A stretch of 64,000 bases of DNA from Rhina ancylostomus (Eukaryota), in the NCBI GenBank assembly GCA_030265395.1, contig JARFYF010000094.1, positions 33,288,865 through 33,352,864 on the forward strand, given 5' to 3'. Within the stretch, counting starts at the first letter, position 1; each line of letters opens with the position of its first letter. Shown piece after piece: positions 41,749-53,609 of the stretch. The notes under the pieces were generated by a model. The model did not search any database and was not told the origin of the DNA. It worked only from the letters and a program-made list of their open reading frames with translations. A program made the translations under genes and the position numbers.

Positions 41749-41875
41749 ATAGTCAATACAAAGCAGTTGCACAAAAGCAAATGTGATTTAACAGACTTTT
41801 TTTGTTTTGTTTAAAAGAACAGTGTTTAAAAAGAAACAGAAAAGACAAAGGCTTGCACCGACACATTGGGATATT

Positions 41876-41883
41876 TATGTACA
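41876..41883 (-). promoter_or_regulatory. Pumilio response element UGUACAUA
   Basis: Plus strand tatgtaca; mRNA context uuacauUGUACAUAaaua, a perfect UGUAHAUA. Confidence 0.55.
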
Positions 41884-43077
41884 ATGTAACAAACCCCCAC
41901 CCTTTAGAAGCAACTGTATATCCAAACGGATATGGTGACAATGTTCAGTCATTGAAATCCTGTACATAAAGAGCCTGAGGTTCAGAGTTGATTCTGCTGA
42001 AAGGCTGTGGCACCTGCTAGATATGCAAGCTCTAATTTTGCTAGTCTTTAGACTAAACATGCAAGACATACAACTAAGTGCAACTGAGTGAAATGTTTTA
42101 TTTTTCATTCCCTAAAAGTCTGAACTGAGGTATGCGTACTAACAGTTTCTCATGCTGTTAACTTTAGTCATGTCTAGCTACACATGCTGAGAATGTACTA
42201 ATCTAACCATCTTATTCCCTCAAATACAGAGCTAACCAACAGGCCACTCAGTTTGAAAGCATGGGATCTCTTCTCATGATCCCATTTAGCAACTGCCTGT
42301 ACATCCTCATGAAGCTGCCCGGAATGCCATTACAAATATATATTTTAAAAGACCACAGACTGCCCATTTAACATAAAGTTGGATTATGCTGAAAAATAAC
42401 TGCTGTAATGTCTCTTGTACCAAGCTAATGAGTGCACAGGAGTGTTTTTCTATGACGAACGTGGAAACGAAACAAATATTTCTGAAGAAGTGTGCCAAGT
42501 AAACTAATTGTAAGTAACCTTGGCATAAAGGAGATTGGTCTCCAAACAAAAGTGGCACACCATCTTTCAAATACAGCCTCCATAATGAGCATTTTCCCAA
42601 AAAAAAACTTATTATGTGGTCCAGTTCTATCTCGGAAGCTATTCCTTTGCTCTCTGTAATACCACTGGAATCTTGCATCTTCAGCTTTCTTTATGCATTA
42701 CTTTCATCTGCACAGAAAAGTTCTACATTCACCTTCCCTTGATGGAATGCACCCTTTTTTTGTGGCCTCAGTGCCATAATTCCCTGGTTTGGTCACCAAT
42801 TTCGACAATTAAGTTTTCCTACTGTGAGCAAATTTGGTCATTGTAGGAAAAAAAATCTGGGTTTTCAGAGATAATACCTTTGGTTCAAACATCCACCTGG
42901 CCTGTTACAGACATTGTTAAAAGGAGACTTTAACATCACAGGTTATTGTCTGTGCATCAGTCCATTTTTAGCCATTTCCCTCTAGATTTCTGGTACCTCC
43001 TTTGATCAACAATAAGAGGATATTTGGCTTCATCAGATAAAGCATCAAACAGAGAACATAATTTACCTTTAAGATCA

Positions 43078-43085
43078 TCTTTGGT
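43078..43085 (-). promoter_or_regulatory. miR-9 8mer seed match (ACCAAAGA) in FOXP1 3'UTR
   Basis: Plus strand tctttggt; a second 7mer-m8 site (ctttggt) lies at 42878-42884. Confidence 0.65.
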
Positions 43086-44095
43086 AATCTCAGAAAAAAT
43101 TATCTGATTTAAAAAAACAGCAAAAATAAATAAAGCTCTGAAAGCTTTTTCAACTGACAACCTATATAGTCCTAAATAAATACATGAGAGTGGGGTTTGG
43201 GGGAGGTGACAGAAAAGTGACCAGTCGCAGTCTTGAGACAGGAAAGATGTTGAGTGTTATGGAAAACAATTCAATGACCTATATTAACAGAATTACCTTC
43301 TGTACGTAAAGTTTGCTTCAGGATCACAATAGGCTTGCAAGATAAGCTCTAGTGACATAGCTTTCTATTTTGATACCTACTGCGAACTTTTCTAAGTTTG
43401 CTGAAATAACAAGTCTCTATTGAGCTACTCAACACAGCACTGGACGTAAAAGTCTTAACTGAAAAGCTTAAACTGCAGTGTAAATTATTATTTATACAGA
43501 CAACATATTTCCATGTTCTACTTGCTTTCAAATCCTGTATCTCCTTACTACATTGCTGAACCTGAACAACAGGAATAGATCTATGGTGCATATGCAGGAG
43601 ACAAGGGATAGTTACTAAATGTCTTTTTTTTCTGTCATTCTGTCCCCTTGTTCACTGGCTCCATCATTCCTAGAAGCGAACCTTTCTCTGGAGTTTGGAA
43701 CGTTGGTTCTGCCAGTTGATGCTAAAAGTTGAGCCTACTGATTACTGACTCAGACAAAATAAGCAGTATTATTAAACTGTACACATAATGAAAACTGGCC
43801 TGAGGTTTAATTGTTTTTTTAAAAAATAATCTCAATGAAGTTAAGGGGAGTGGATGACAGAAAAACTACTGGATGTGTAACAAACTGATGCGAGGCATTT
43901 TGTCCCATTGGTTTAAAAAAAAACATTCAACCACTACATAGAGCTTAATGAGGTCCTCCAAAGGCCTGTGGCCCGCAATTATAAAACTGCTTGGATGCAG
44001 CAGAAGCAAACAGTGACACAATAAAATTTCAGTGAATTATTTTTCACAAATTATTTCCCTTCTCCCCTGCCCCATGAAAACAAGTGTGGATTAAA

Positions 44096-44102
44096 GGCAG
44101 TG
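44096..44102 (-). promoter_or_regulatory. miR-34/449 7mer-m8 seed match (CACTGCC)
   Basis: Plus strand ggcagtg in an AU-rich context about 490 nt past the stop codon. Confidence 0.5.
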
Positions 44103-44593
44103 ATATTAAAACAATCCACTTCCAGTACTGTGCAATTCAGTTTTAGCCTCAGTCTTCCATTTGAATATGCAAGTTCTGGGAAGAGCTCTACCTGCAGTTT
44201 GAACTATTAACAGTTTTGATCAGACCCATGAGTCCAACTTGGCAGAACTGCAGTCCAAAGTCAGCTGCAAAGTCTGTGAGGGTGACAGTACAGCTCAGTA
44301 ACTTTCAACACTGATGTTGACTTCAGGAGAGGAAAATCCCAAGTACCAAACAAGTCCATCCAATGTACGTAGAATACAAATTCCTTTTTTCCAACAAAAA
44401 GTAGAAAAAAATCAGAAACATTCCCCAATGGGATTCTTAATGGCACTAAAAGTCATTTAAAACATTTCATTACTTTGTCAAAAAGGGGCTGAAAATTCCT
44501 CCAAACTGCCACATTAGGGAGAGATTTCACAGGTAAGTCTGACAAGCTTTCTTTTATTTTAATCTTCAGCTCAGGAAATGATGGGAAGCATGC

Positions 44594-44738
44594 TCATTCC
44601 ATGTCTTCATTCCCTGGGTCCTCTTCAAATTCTCTGTCATTGTCCAGCTCTGGACTATGATTTGCTGTTGTCACTAAAGACAGGGGCCCTTCCATGTCCT
44701 CTGGGTCCAATGGCTCCTCTTTAACATGGATGGGATAC
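44594..44738 (-). CDS. FOXP1: FOXP1 terminal coding exon (145 nt including TGA stop)
   Basis: Acceptor ggttttgttctag|G. One base completes ATG from the previous exon, then [47 protein letters not shown]. This matches the FOXP1 C-terminus (human [47 protein letters not shown]). Phase agrees with the upstream exon. Confidence 0.97.
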
Positions 44739-44841
44739 CTAGAACAAAACCAGACCATTTTATTTCAGGCAGCAATAAAGGGAAATATTTGTTTGACTGT
44801 GTATAATTGAATAGTAAAGTAAATGATGCAGCATGTTTATA

Positions 44842-44957
44842 TGTATGTGTGTGTGTGNNNNNNNNNNNNNNNNNNNNNNNNNNNNNNNNNNNNNNNNNNN
44901 NNNNNNNNNNNNNNNNNNNNNNNNNNNNNNNNNNNNNNNNNNNNNNNNNNNNNNNNN
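44842..44957. repeat. (GT)n microsatellite running into an assembly gap
   Basis: tatgtgtgtgtgtg followed by 100 N, about 100 nt upstream of the last FOXP1 acceptor. Confidence 0.75.
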
Positions 44958-47900
44958 GTTTGAATCAACGTGAGAAGAGCTCTAGAAACTAGAAACAAAC
45001 TATCAAAAAGATACATAACAAATGATTTTTAAACTAATAAAACAATAGATTTACAACATTCAGAAAACACAAATTAAATGAAAATAAGTGCAACAAAGCA
45101 GCTGTTTGTCAAGCACCTTGTGGAGGCTGATCACTGTGTGTAATGCTGCTCTAGTTAACATGCAGAACCTGTGAGCCTTTTCTCTAGAGGATGACCCTGA
45201 GTGAGGTTCTATCATTAATCAACTTCAACCAAACACAGCAACCAGACACCATGATCCATGCTTTAAACTCCAAATTAATGCATATTTTTACAAACTGTCA
45301 ATAATGGAAGAAAAGCACTGCCAGGAAACATAGGCTGAGGGGAAAAAGCCTGCTAAACACAACAGTGTGATAAGAAACTGCATTCCTAACGAGAATAATA
45401 ATGCTGTCAGTTGTAAACAAGGCAGAACATGATCCCAGCCCTTGGACTGGGCAAGGGATGCACTAAGGAGATGAGATCTGCCAAATTCTCATTACTGAAT
45501 AGCACATGAATAACCCATGGGGGGAAACGTGGGTTGATTTTATGAAACCACAGTGATAACAATTGAAAAATGTCTTGTGTAAATCACATTTACAACAATC
45601 TAGTCAGAAACACAAATAGATTTTGGGGTAGCTCTGTCAGCATGCTCATGTAAACACGCCAATAAGCAAACAGTGCCTTCCTGAGTGACCAGAATTAAAA
45701 TAAGACACTGTGTTCAAAATGAGTTTGTTTCTTTTGCTTAACTATCATGCACTAAAACAGGAAGTAAAGTGGAAAAAACAGAGAACGCCCTTGCTGCTTT
45801 CAAAACAATCAACTTTTTAAAGACATTCATTTCTTTATCTTTCTGAAAAAGCGGCAATAAATTTGACTTTGTTTTGCAGCTCCCCCCACCCAAACCTGCT
45901 GTTTGACCTCATCACCAATAAGCCTTGCTGTGCTTAAATTCCCTGTAATAACAGCCGCTCCCCAACTTACATTTTTCCATGTTTATCTGCAGCATTTGCA
46001 TGAAAATCTATTTGTTTATTTGATTTATAACGAGAATGAATTTCAACAAAACTCCATGTTTGGAAGTATAATGTGCTTTGCCAATGTACACAACATACTA
46101 ACTCACTTTGGGACATGTCAGTATGAAAGTGTCATCTTGATGCAGTAATTAATTTACTGGATGTGTACTTCCCAGTATTTCAAAGATCAACAAAAACTTC
46201 AGTGGTTTGTAGCCACAATGAGAACATGTCTCAATTAACAATACATACTTTGTTACTGATATGTTTTTAAAAAAGTATTTATAAAACTTTCAGCAAGTGT
46301 CTCACATAACTATTTAAATTCATATGCAACACTTCATCGGGGTATGTTTTCAAATCAGGTACAAAGCAGTGTTGATTTTATCTAAGCCACTGTTCATGCA
46401 CAACCTACCAGATGTGACACAGTAACAAGAAAGAATTCAAAGATCATGTGCTTCTGGTAAATGCTATTAACAAAATAAAGAATGTACCATGACTCCACAA
46501 AGAAATCTAAAACTTCTATAGAGTACACCATGACTTACATTTACTGGATCAAACATATCGTTAAATTCTAATTTTAAATTTGCATGCAACATCTACATTA
46601 ATTTCTGCATAGGATTCAAATCTTATGATGTAAAGCAGATGTACAAGATGTAACAAACTACACCAATTAATCATAAAATCTAATCTCAAATATGTAGATG
46701 TTTCCCTTTAACTGACAGTGCTAAAGATTGCAAAATGATGCATTTATCCAGCACCAGCTGGGGGGAATTTGCTCAATAATCCCTATAAATACTGAACACC
46801 CAGAGGGACTGCACACCCACCCATCCTGCCTTACCCTTCCTGTTCCAAAATTCTACCCTCAACACCACCCATATATAGCATGGACAGCAATCTCCTATTA
46901 CTTCATACTGTTATATATGCGCTCATTATATTGCCGTCTGGTACTATAATGCTCCTATTAATTTTCCTTTTGATATTTTAAGAGTGATCTATAAATCATG
47001 AAGCCTTTCATATGAGCCACCATTAATGCTTGGCAATGATGCTGTTTGCAGCATATTATTTTAAGCTTATAATGCAAGGAAGTGAATGAGCAGTTTTATT
47101 CCACAGAATTTATTACAACTTTTAGGTTTATAGTGGCTGCAGGCAAAATTATTTAACACCTTTGTTTGAGTGGCTGCATTGTTATCAGAATCATTTGCTA
47201 TGCAAAATGATGCAAAGGGTTGTACTCTAACCAGGTTATATTGAAAAAGAAACAACTTTGCTGTAGGCCACCTTGGATCTAATCATGCTACTTTTTGAAT
47301 TTGTATGCTTCTTTGAATAGTTATTTTCCTGACCGATGATAGAATCAAGCTGTGGAGCTACACACCCAGCTCTGCCACTTAAAGTACTCACTTACAGAGT
47401 GGCACTTGCTAATATGACGGTTGTTCACCTTCAATCAAGTTTCCCAATTGCTTGTGCAGCCACAACTAGGAGCATTTCTTCAAAGAATACTGCGGGCAAA
47501 GCTTAAAATAATCTGAGCTTTTTGCAACTTGCTTTGATCCTAAGATCACATACAAGGAGTAACGTGAGGGAGATTAATAAAGGAAAAAAAATGTTTGGTC
47601 ATATTTACTGACAGATTCATTCACTGTTCTGCCCTAGCTGCAATATCACAAGATTATGATGTCTGGTATAGGCATTACTGGTGGGCATTGAATGTGATCA
47701 CAGGAACAACGGCAAAAGCTTATGATCTGACCCAATCTTTAAACAGTGATATGAAGTGCTGTAATGAAAAGGTATCGGTAGCGTAAACATTCCTATTTCT
47801 AGCAGGACTGGAAAAGTTATCTTTTTATCACTTGAAAAGTAAACTCTAAAAATCTAATTGGTGTTTCTCTATTGTCTAGCTGCAGTTAAAATCCAGCATG

Positions 47901-49149
47901 AACATCAAATTAGGTAGGTGGGATCTAATCTTTTACATTTTGAAGAACACTTTTACATTTTTTACCTTATTATTGGTCCTTACAGTTGCAGTAGAAAAAC
48001 CACAAACAACAATGTCAAATAAAAATGGTTTAACATTCATACAACTATTTTGGTGAAAATAAACCTCCCAGACAACATTTACAAGTAACCAATCTCAGCA
48101 ATGAAAAAGGTGTGCCTTTTTTTTAGAACATTTTGTATCGGGTGGTGCAGTATGTTAGAAAACCAAACAGACAGTCGCAGGGGTGTGGTAGGATATGGTT
48201 TTGTACTTGGAAGTTCCCCACGTATTAGCTTCCTGAGCACAGCTGCATTGCCAGGGGAGTTAGTGAATGGAGGTCAAGGTTTTGCTAAGAAAGGCTGAGG
48301 TACAATCAACATCAAAGCTACACAAATATATTTTCTAATGGTGAGTTATATGTCATATCAACTGAAATCACTGGTGGGTGGGGTTTGCCTCCGATCCAAA
48401 CCACTGATTATAGAAGTAGAGTGTAAGAATTAGAAGTCTAACAAAATAATTGGGGTACACAAACATACCAAGTTCTGAGATTTTTAGTGAAGTCGACCTA
48501 GAAAGCATATAGAAGTACATTTTTCATTTAAATTTATTTTTACTTGTTAGCAGACAAATTAATTAACAATTAATGTGATATTGTGTAGATGTTTCCCTGA
48601 TAAGGCTCCATGAAACAACTAGCAAATGCAAAGTTCTGCGTTCTGCTAGGTTGGTACCCATGAAATATGATTCATCTGCTCCAGCAGTGGTCAATTTTTG
48701 GGTCATCCAAAGCCCCAAGCCTATCAGAATATACACTTGACCCAACCTGAACCCATTACATAAAGTCAAGTTGAACAGTAGGCCAAAATGCAAAAGCTTT
48801 GCAGAATGGAGCCCTACAAGCAAAGTGTATTCTGTGTAGTGCCAGCACTTTAAGTGAGGTGGCATTCATTAGCAAGCAAAGAGATATTGTGAGAAACACA
48901 TTTCAATAATAGCAGCAGGGATTCATTGATGTGCAGGAGGACTGGTAAAGCAGTATGTTTGGGTATATTCTATGTCATCTGGGCTCTCTCAGCTGTTTAC
49001 TGCTGTACCATGATGAGTGGAATATGGAGAGGGTCATTTGTTTCCAGGGAGATTCAATGTTGGTGGCAGGTGTTCAAGAGAATAGTCTTTCTAAATAATG
49101 GAATCCCTTATCATTTTTCAATGAGTGCAATGGTGAAGCTCATGGCATT

Positions 49150-49900
49150 ACGTGGTATCATCTTCCCCCAGAGCCTTCATTGTCATCCTCCAATATTTGG
49201 TCTCTGGAGGACCTTCATGGCCCTCAGGCTCCTGGTCTCCTAGTAATTCTTCCTGAGGCACTAGCTTTCATATTCTATTGGCCAAGCTTCTTGTAGTGTT
49301 AGTGCTTAGCTGGAGTAATTGAATGAGCGTAGGGATCAAACGCCACAGAAATAAATGGCCGTCCTTGTCCCAAGAGCAGAATCTCAGACTAGTGCTAGAC
49401 ACTGAAAATGCCAAGCTGTGTGAACTCTAAGGATGAAGGAATTCATGGTACTGGCCATCAGAAAGTTCTTATCATGATCGATGAATGGAAACACATTCTA
49501 TTCTTAGAGTGATGTTGGTTCTTCATGGGAGCCCTTAAGGGAACATGAGTGCAGTCAACTGCAGCATGCAACATGGGGAAGCTAGAATGCTGACACATCT
49601 CAGTGATCTGTTACTCACTAAGATCTGAATACACAAAGATATTCCACAATGGAATCTTGGTGTCCTATCTAGCATTGCAGTGAGCAGGAAGTTGAGATAT
49701 ATAGCAGAAACCAGGGGTGGCTACTGGGAATATAAACTGAGAGTTCTGTAACCTTGACATCCATAGATACAGGAGTCAGAAACAAGAGGGTGGCTGCAGG
49801 TCGTTCAGCAATATATCTTGGTCACTAGAATCCTTGAAGACCTGTGTCTGCAAAGACATTGCTCATCGGTGAGGTCAAGGTATGATCTTGTATCTCTAAT
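49150..49900 (-). mobile_element. Fossil PIF/Harbinger transposase (HARBI1-like DDE) pseudogene
   Basis: Reverse translation gives motifs in the correct order: LDLTDEQCLCRHR (about 49880-49840), SMDVKVT (about 49770-49748), FPMLHAAVDCTHVPLRAP (about 49580-49527), NRMCFHS (about 49503-49483), then SFILR and a GDK-like remnant. Confidence 0.8.
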
Positions 49901-50598
49901 GACTCTCTGCAAATAGGCTCTTTGCACATGGTCATTTCAGTGCCACTTATCCTATGGTTCTTAGCCATCCCTGGTGTTGTTATTGATGACAGTGCCTTAA
50001 GAGTATGGATAAAACTGAACCAGGATTTCTATTACTAATTATTATCATGTGATCTCTGCTGGACTGAGCATGTATACATGAATGTCAGGTCAAAATATGA
50101 TTAATTTAGGAGACTATGGTCCCTTCTGGACCCACGCATGAAAATGACTACTTGAACAAAGGAACTAAGGATAGTTGTTACATATAGAAGTATCAGTGCC
50201 TTCAGTCAAAATAGAAGAAAATCAGAAATAAATGTCCAATTTTGGCTCAACTGTACAAATCACAGTACTCCCAGTCAGATGGCGCCTTACCTGTTATCAA
50301 CTCGCTGCTCATATACATTAGGAAGGATATTTAAATTACAAAACACATCTAATCACAAGTTTCAATAACATTGAAAAGCAAGGATGAAAATCTGAATATT
50401 TACCAGCTTGAAACTTTGCTACACAAAACTGAATGTAGGATAATAAACCAACAAAGAGGGAAAGATATCACAAATAAACAAAGTATCTGTTCCCTGCAGC
50501 ACAGCCAGGCATACAATTCTGACCATCTGAGAAAAGATTATTGAATATAAGAAGAAAATGATTCAAGAAGAGATCAGAAGCAGTGCTTAAGTACTCAC

Positions 50599-50765
50599 AT
50601 TGTTTGCAGTGGGGAACGTCCTGGACTGCTGTCACTCTCGTTGCTATTTGAATGCTCCACTGCACCATTTAGCTCCTCATGGATAGCACTCACCATTGTG
50701 GCTACAGTGGCATTTCCCATGGAAGCAGTAGTGTATAGAGGTATGTTATTTTCAGCCATTGAAAC
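50599..50765 (-). CDS. FOXP1: FOXP1 penultimate coding exon (167 nt)
   Basis: Minus strand reads tttgtag|GTT TCA ATG GCT GAA AAT...CTG CAA ACA AT|gtgagt and translates to [55 protein letters not shown](M). This closely matches the recalled human FOXP1 segment [60 protein letters not shown] boundaries are canonical; phase 0 start, phase 2 end. Confidence 0.96.
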
Positions 50766-52269
50766 CTACAAAGCATGCAATGAAAGTAAAATTGAATCTA
50801 ACGGTTTGATATTTTGCAGCTCATTTTCAGTGATATCGTAACTCTTTGGGCTTATTTGTTAAATGCATTGTACACTAGAATCACACAAAATAATTTTATG
50901 GTAGTTAACTAATTGCCATCTCCAACATGGTAGCAAGGAAGCAAGTCTTACAAATGCTTTGCGCCTTAGCATGCTGGTGCTTATTTAATTCAAGACTATT
51001 ATTTATGGCTGTTAAGTTCTCTCCTAATTTTACTTCTGGTGAGTGGGTACTGTATAGTAAATGGTTCCAAAAATATAACACTTTGGTCACTTTCAAGACT
51101 TAGGAGAGAGCGAGGTGAGTACTCTCAGTGAAACACGAGCTGATATAGTACTATGGGTTTCTTTGCAAAGTAGTTATCAGCCTCTGTTTGCTGACTGCTC
51201 ATATAATTACAATAACATTGAAAGCCAATCAACCAAATGATTATGGTTCCCTGCATCCTACCTTCCTAAGATACAGCACATGACTTTTTCTTCTAAAATA
51301 CATTACAAACTACTATTTGTAGTCATACAGCTATTATGACTGTGTGTATACACAAAATCAAGACATTTTTAAACAATTCACAACTCCAAACACCCATATC
51401 TGTTGGAAGTGAGAACTCATAAATTACAAAAGCCCCTGCTGATTTAATTGAAGATCTGATTAATAAAGTTTTAAATATCAGTCTGATTTCTTGCTTTCAT
51501 ATAATGTGGATACAGTATTTTTCATAATTATGAAACAGACAGTGAGTTAACAATTCAAAATTCCCTGCCCAATCAATGAAATGCTATTATGAGGAGTAGG
51601 TTCATTGTGCCACCACTTGTGTTGAGCCACAAGTTTTCTATAGAAAACTTTGATTGTGATTTAGCACAGGAGTTCCATTTTAGGCTATTTGTTTTCTTGT
51701 CCGATTGCTTTTCTGAAAAAGGCAAATTCATATAAGTACTGTTATGATATTGATATAACAAGTTCCTCTGGACTAGCCATCTGCATTTAGCATTGCTAAG
51801 GATGGTTCATCTCCAAAAATGTTGAAAGTGGTTAGGGAGCAGTAAATAAAGGGCATCTGTTTACTCTAGTAGACTTTTTATTTTAAGGCCAATCACAGGG
51901 CACTCCAAGAATTACCAAGAAGAAGATATCTAGGCAAAAATAGTAAATTGCAAGTCTAAATGCTATATTATATCAGTATCAGTTGGAAGTAATTGGAAGC
52001 ATTTTAATGTATTGCCACAGCACTTATGCAATCGGTAACACTGGATTTTTCTGCGAGTGTGTCAGCAATTTATTAATTTGGCAGCAGCTATTGTTCTGAA
52101 CATTAGTTGTATGGGTATAGTGAAGAAGGGATAATGTGGCAAATAAATACAAAGCAGACTAAGTTGGATCAGTAACTGCCCCAGCACTTGACTACCTGGG
52201 CATGATGGGCATCAGTTGGCAGGAAGCTGCAATTCAAGTATGTCAACTGTCGTCCTGCAGGGATCCTCC

Positions 52270-52350
52270 ACCATCTGAATTCTAATGCTAGTGGCACTGA
52301 AGGTTACCACTACATTCAAGCTTTATGCATTGGGGGTGTTTCTAGACAGG
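52270..52350 (+). mobile_element. Possible N-terminal Harbinger transposase fragment
   Basis: LVALKVTTTFKLYALGVF resembles LPVAVKVTxALNFYASGSF; same strand as, and upstream of, the core at 53610. Confidence 0.4.
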
Positions 52351-53609
52351 AGCCAGCTGCTTTTCTATACATGGTCTACCAGGGAAATAATAGAATCCTT
52401 GTATTTTGAGGTACTCAAATGCTTGCATTTCAGGAGTGGCCAGCAACAGCAGCAATATATCGTACTTCCCAAATGATAACTTCAAGCGTGTAGGGCATGA
52501 CATTTGTAGTAACTCACACACTTGCCAAAAATCCTCACGGTATCCAAACAGAAATATTTATTGATTGATCAATGCCCCTATTATAGGTAATTTGGAATGA
52601 GGCAAATCACTGTGCACTAGCTGGAGGTAAAAACAAGGCACACACATCATCCAAGGCAATCAAGTAAGCACTACTTTTTCTAAAAATGGATAGAGACTCA
52701 TTACCAAGCTGTTCCAGTATGTCCTGCTATTGGCCATTATGCTTTCACTGACTTTTTAAAAAAAAGTTTACCTTTGATCAACTGCCTTTGATGCAGTATT
52801 GAAGAATGTAAGTCCACAAGATTCATTAAAAGTAAATACATTTTATTCAATATTTTAATGCAGGTGAAGTATATGTTCAGTGAATATCAACATACATATA
52901 GCCCAAAATCCAGACGCTTTATTGAAATTTCCAGAGGCAACAGATTGTAGGGAGATCAAAATTACAAAAAAAGTTACCACTGATTGTCTGTCTAAAGCCA
53001 ATTTGTTTTTCTTATGGAGGGAACGTTGATTTAACCAGCCAGAGGAAAAAGGCAGAGGTCTCCAAATACAATCCCTGAGACTCTGATGTCTTTTTAAAGG
53101 CAAAGGTAATGGTTGGTTCAGGACTGAAATGGACAATTCCAGTGCTATTTACAGGACACATGTCTGAAATTAGACAGAATGTGGAAATGCTTATGGACTG
53201 CATTACCTTGACATTGCTGGATGGAAATATCAGTGTAATTTTGTTATCATGTACAGTAGCTCACTCAGAAAACTACTGGCACCCTGTAAATAAAGAAAAT
53301 TAACACTGCCACTTACTTGTAGCTGCAGGGAAAAGGAATAAGAAATACCATAGCAAAAAGGGTCAGACCCCATTGAGATGTATTTGAAGCTACTAAAATT
53401 CAATGCAACAATTTGAGGTTTCTAAACCTTGAGGTTTCTAAACAGGACCACCTACAATTACACAATTTTTCTAAGAAAGGATGAACTTCTCCATTAATCA
53501 GTTTGCTGCCTCGGGATGAAACCCTTAACTGATAGTATATGTGCAAAAGCTAACAAATAAATAATTTTTCCAAGGACAGCCAAAAACAAGTGGGAATGGC
53601 TCTGCATGC

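Larger units (their letters stand above)
41720..44593 (-). other. FOXP1: FOXP1 3'UTR (minimum estimate; may extend to about 40900 or further)
   Basis: Directly follows the stop codon, lacks recognisable repeats, is U-rich on the minus strand, carries several miRNA seed matches and has ATTAAA at 41748-41743. The true 3' end cannot be fixed without RNA data. Confidence 0.75.
44739..50598 (-). other. FOXP1: FOXP1 last intron (about 5.9 kb, GT-AG, phase 2; contains one gap)
   Basis: Begins gtgagt at 50598-50593 and ends ttctag at 44744-44739 on the minus strand; joining the flanking exons preserves the reading frame. Confidence 0.92.

Noticed and set aside
44530-44538. Plus-strand consensus donor CAG|GTAAGT just past the FOXP1 stop, hinting at an antisense transcript
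   Set aside because: A single 9-mer with no supported exon or promoter; plausible by chance.
44594-50765. Assignment of the exons to FOXP2 or FOXP4
   Set aside because: [17 protein letters not shown], [26 protein letters not shown] and the terminal NEDME fit FOXP1; FOXP2 has LAESSLPLLSNPG and ends LSEDLE.
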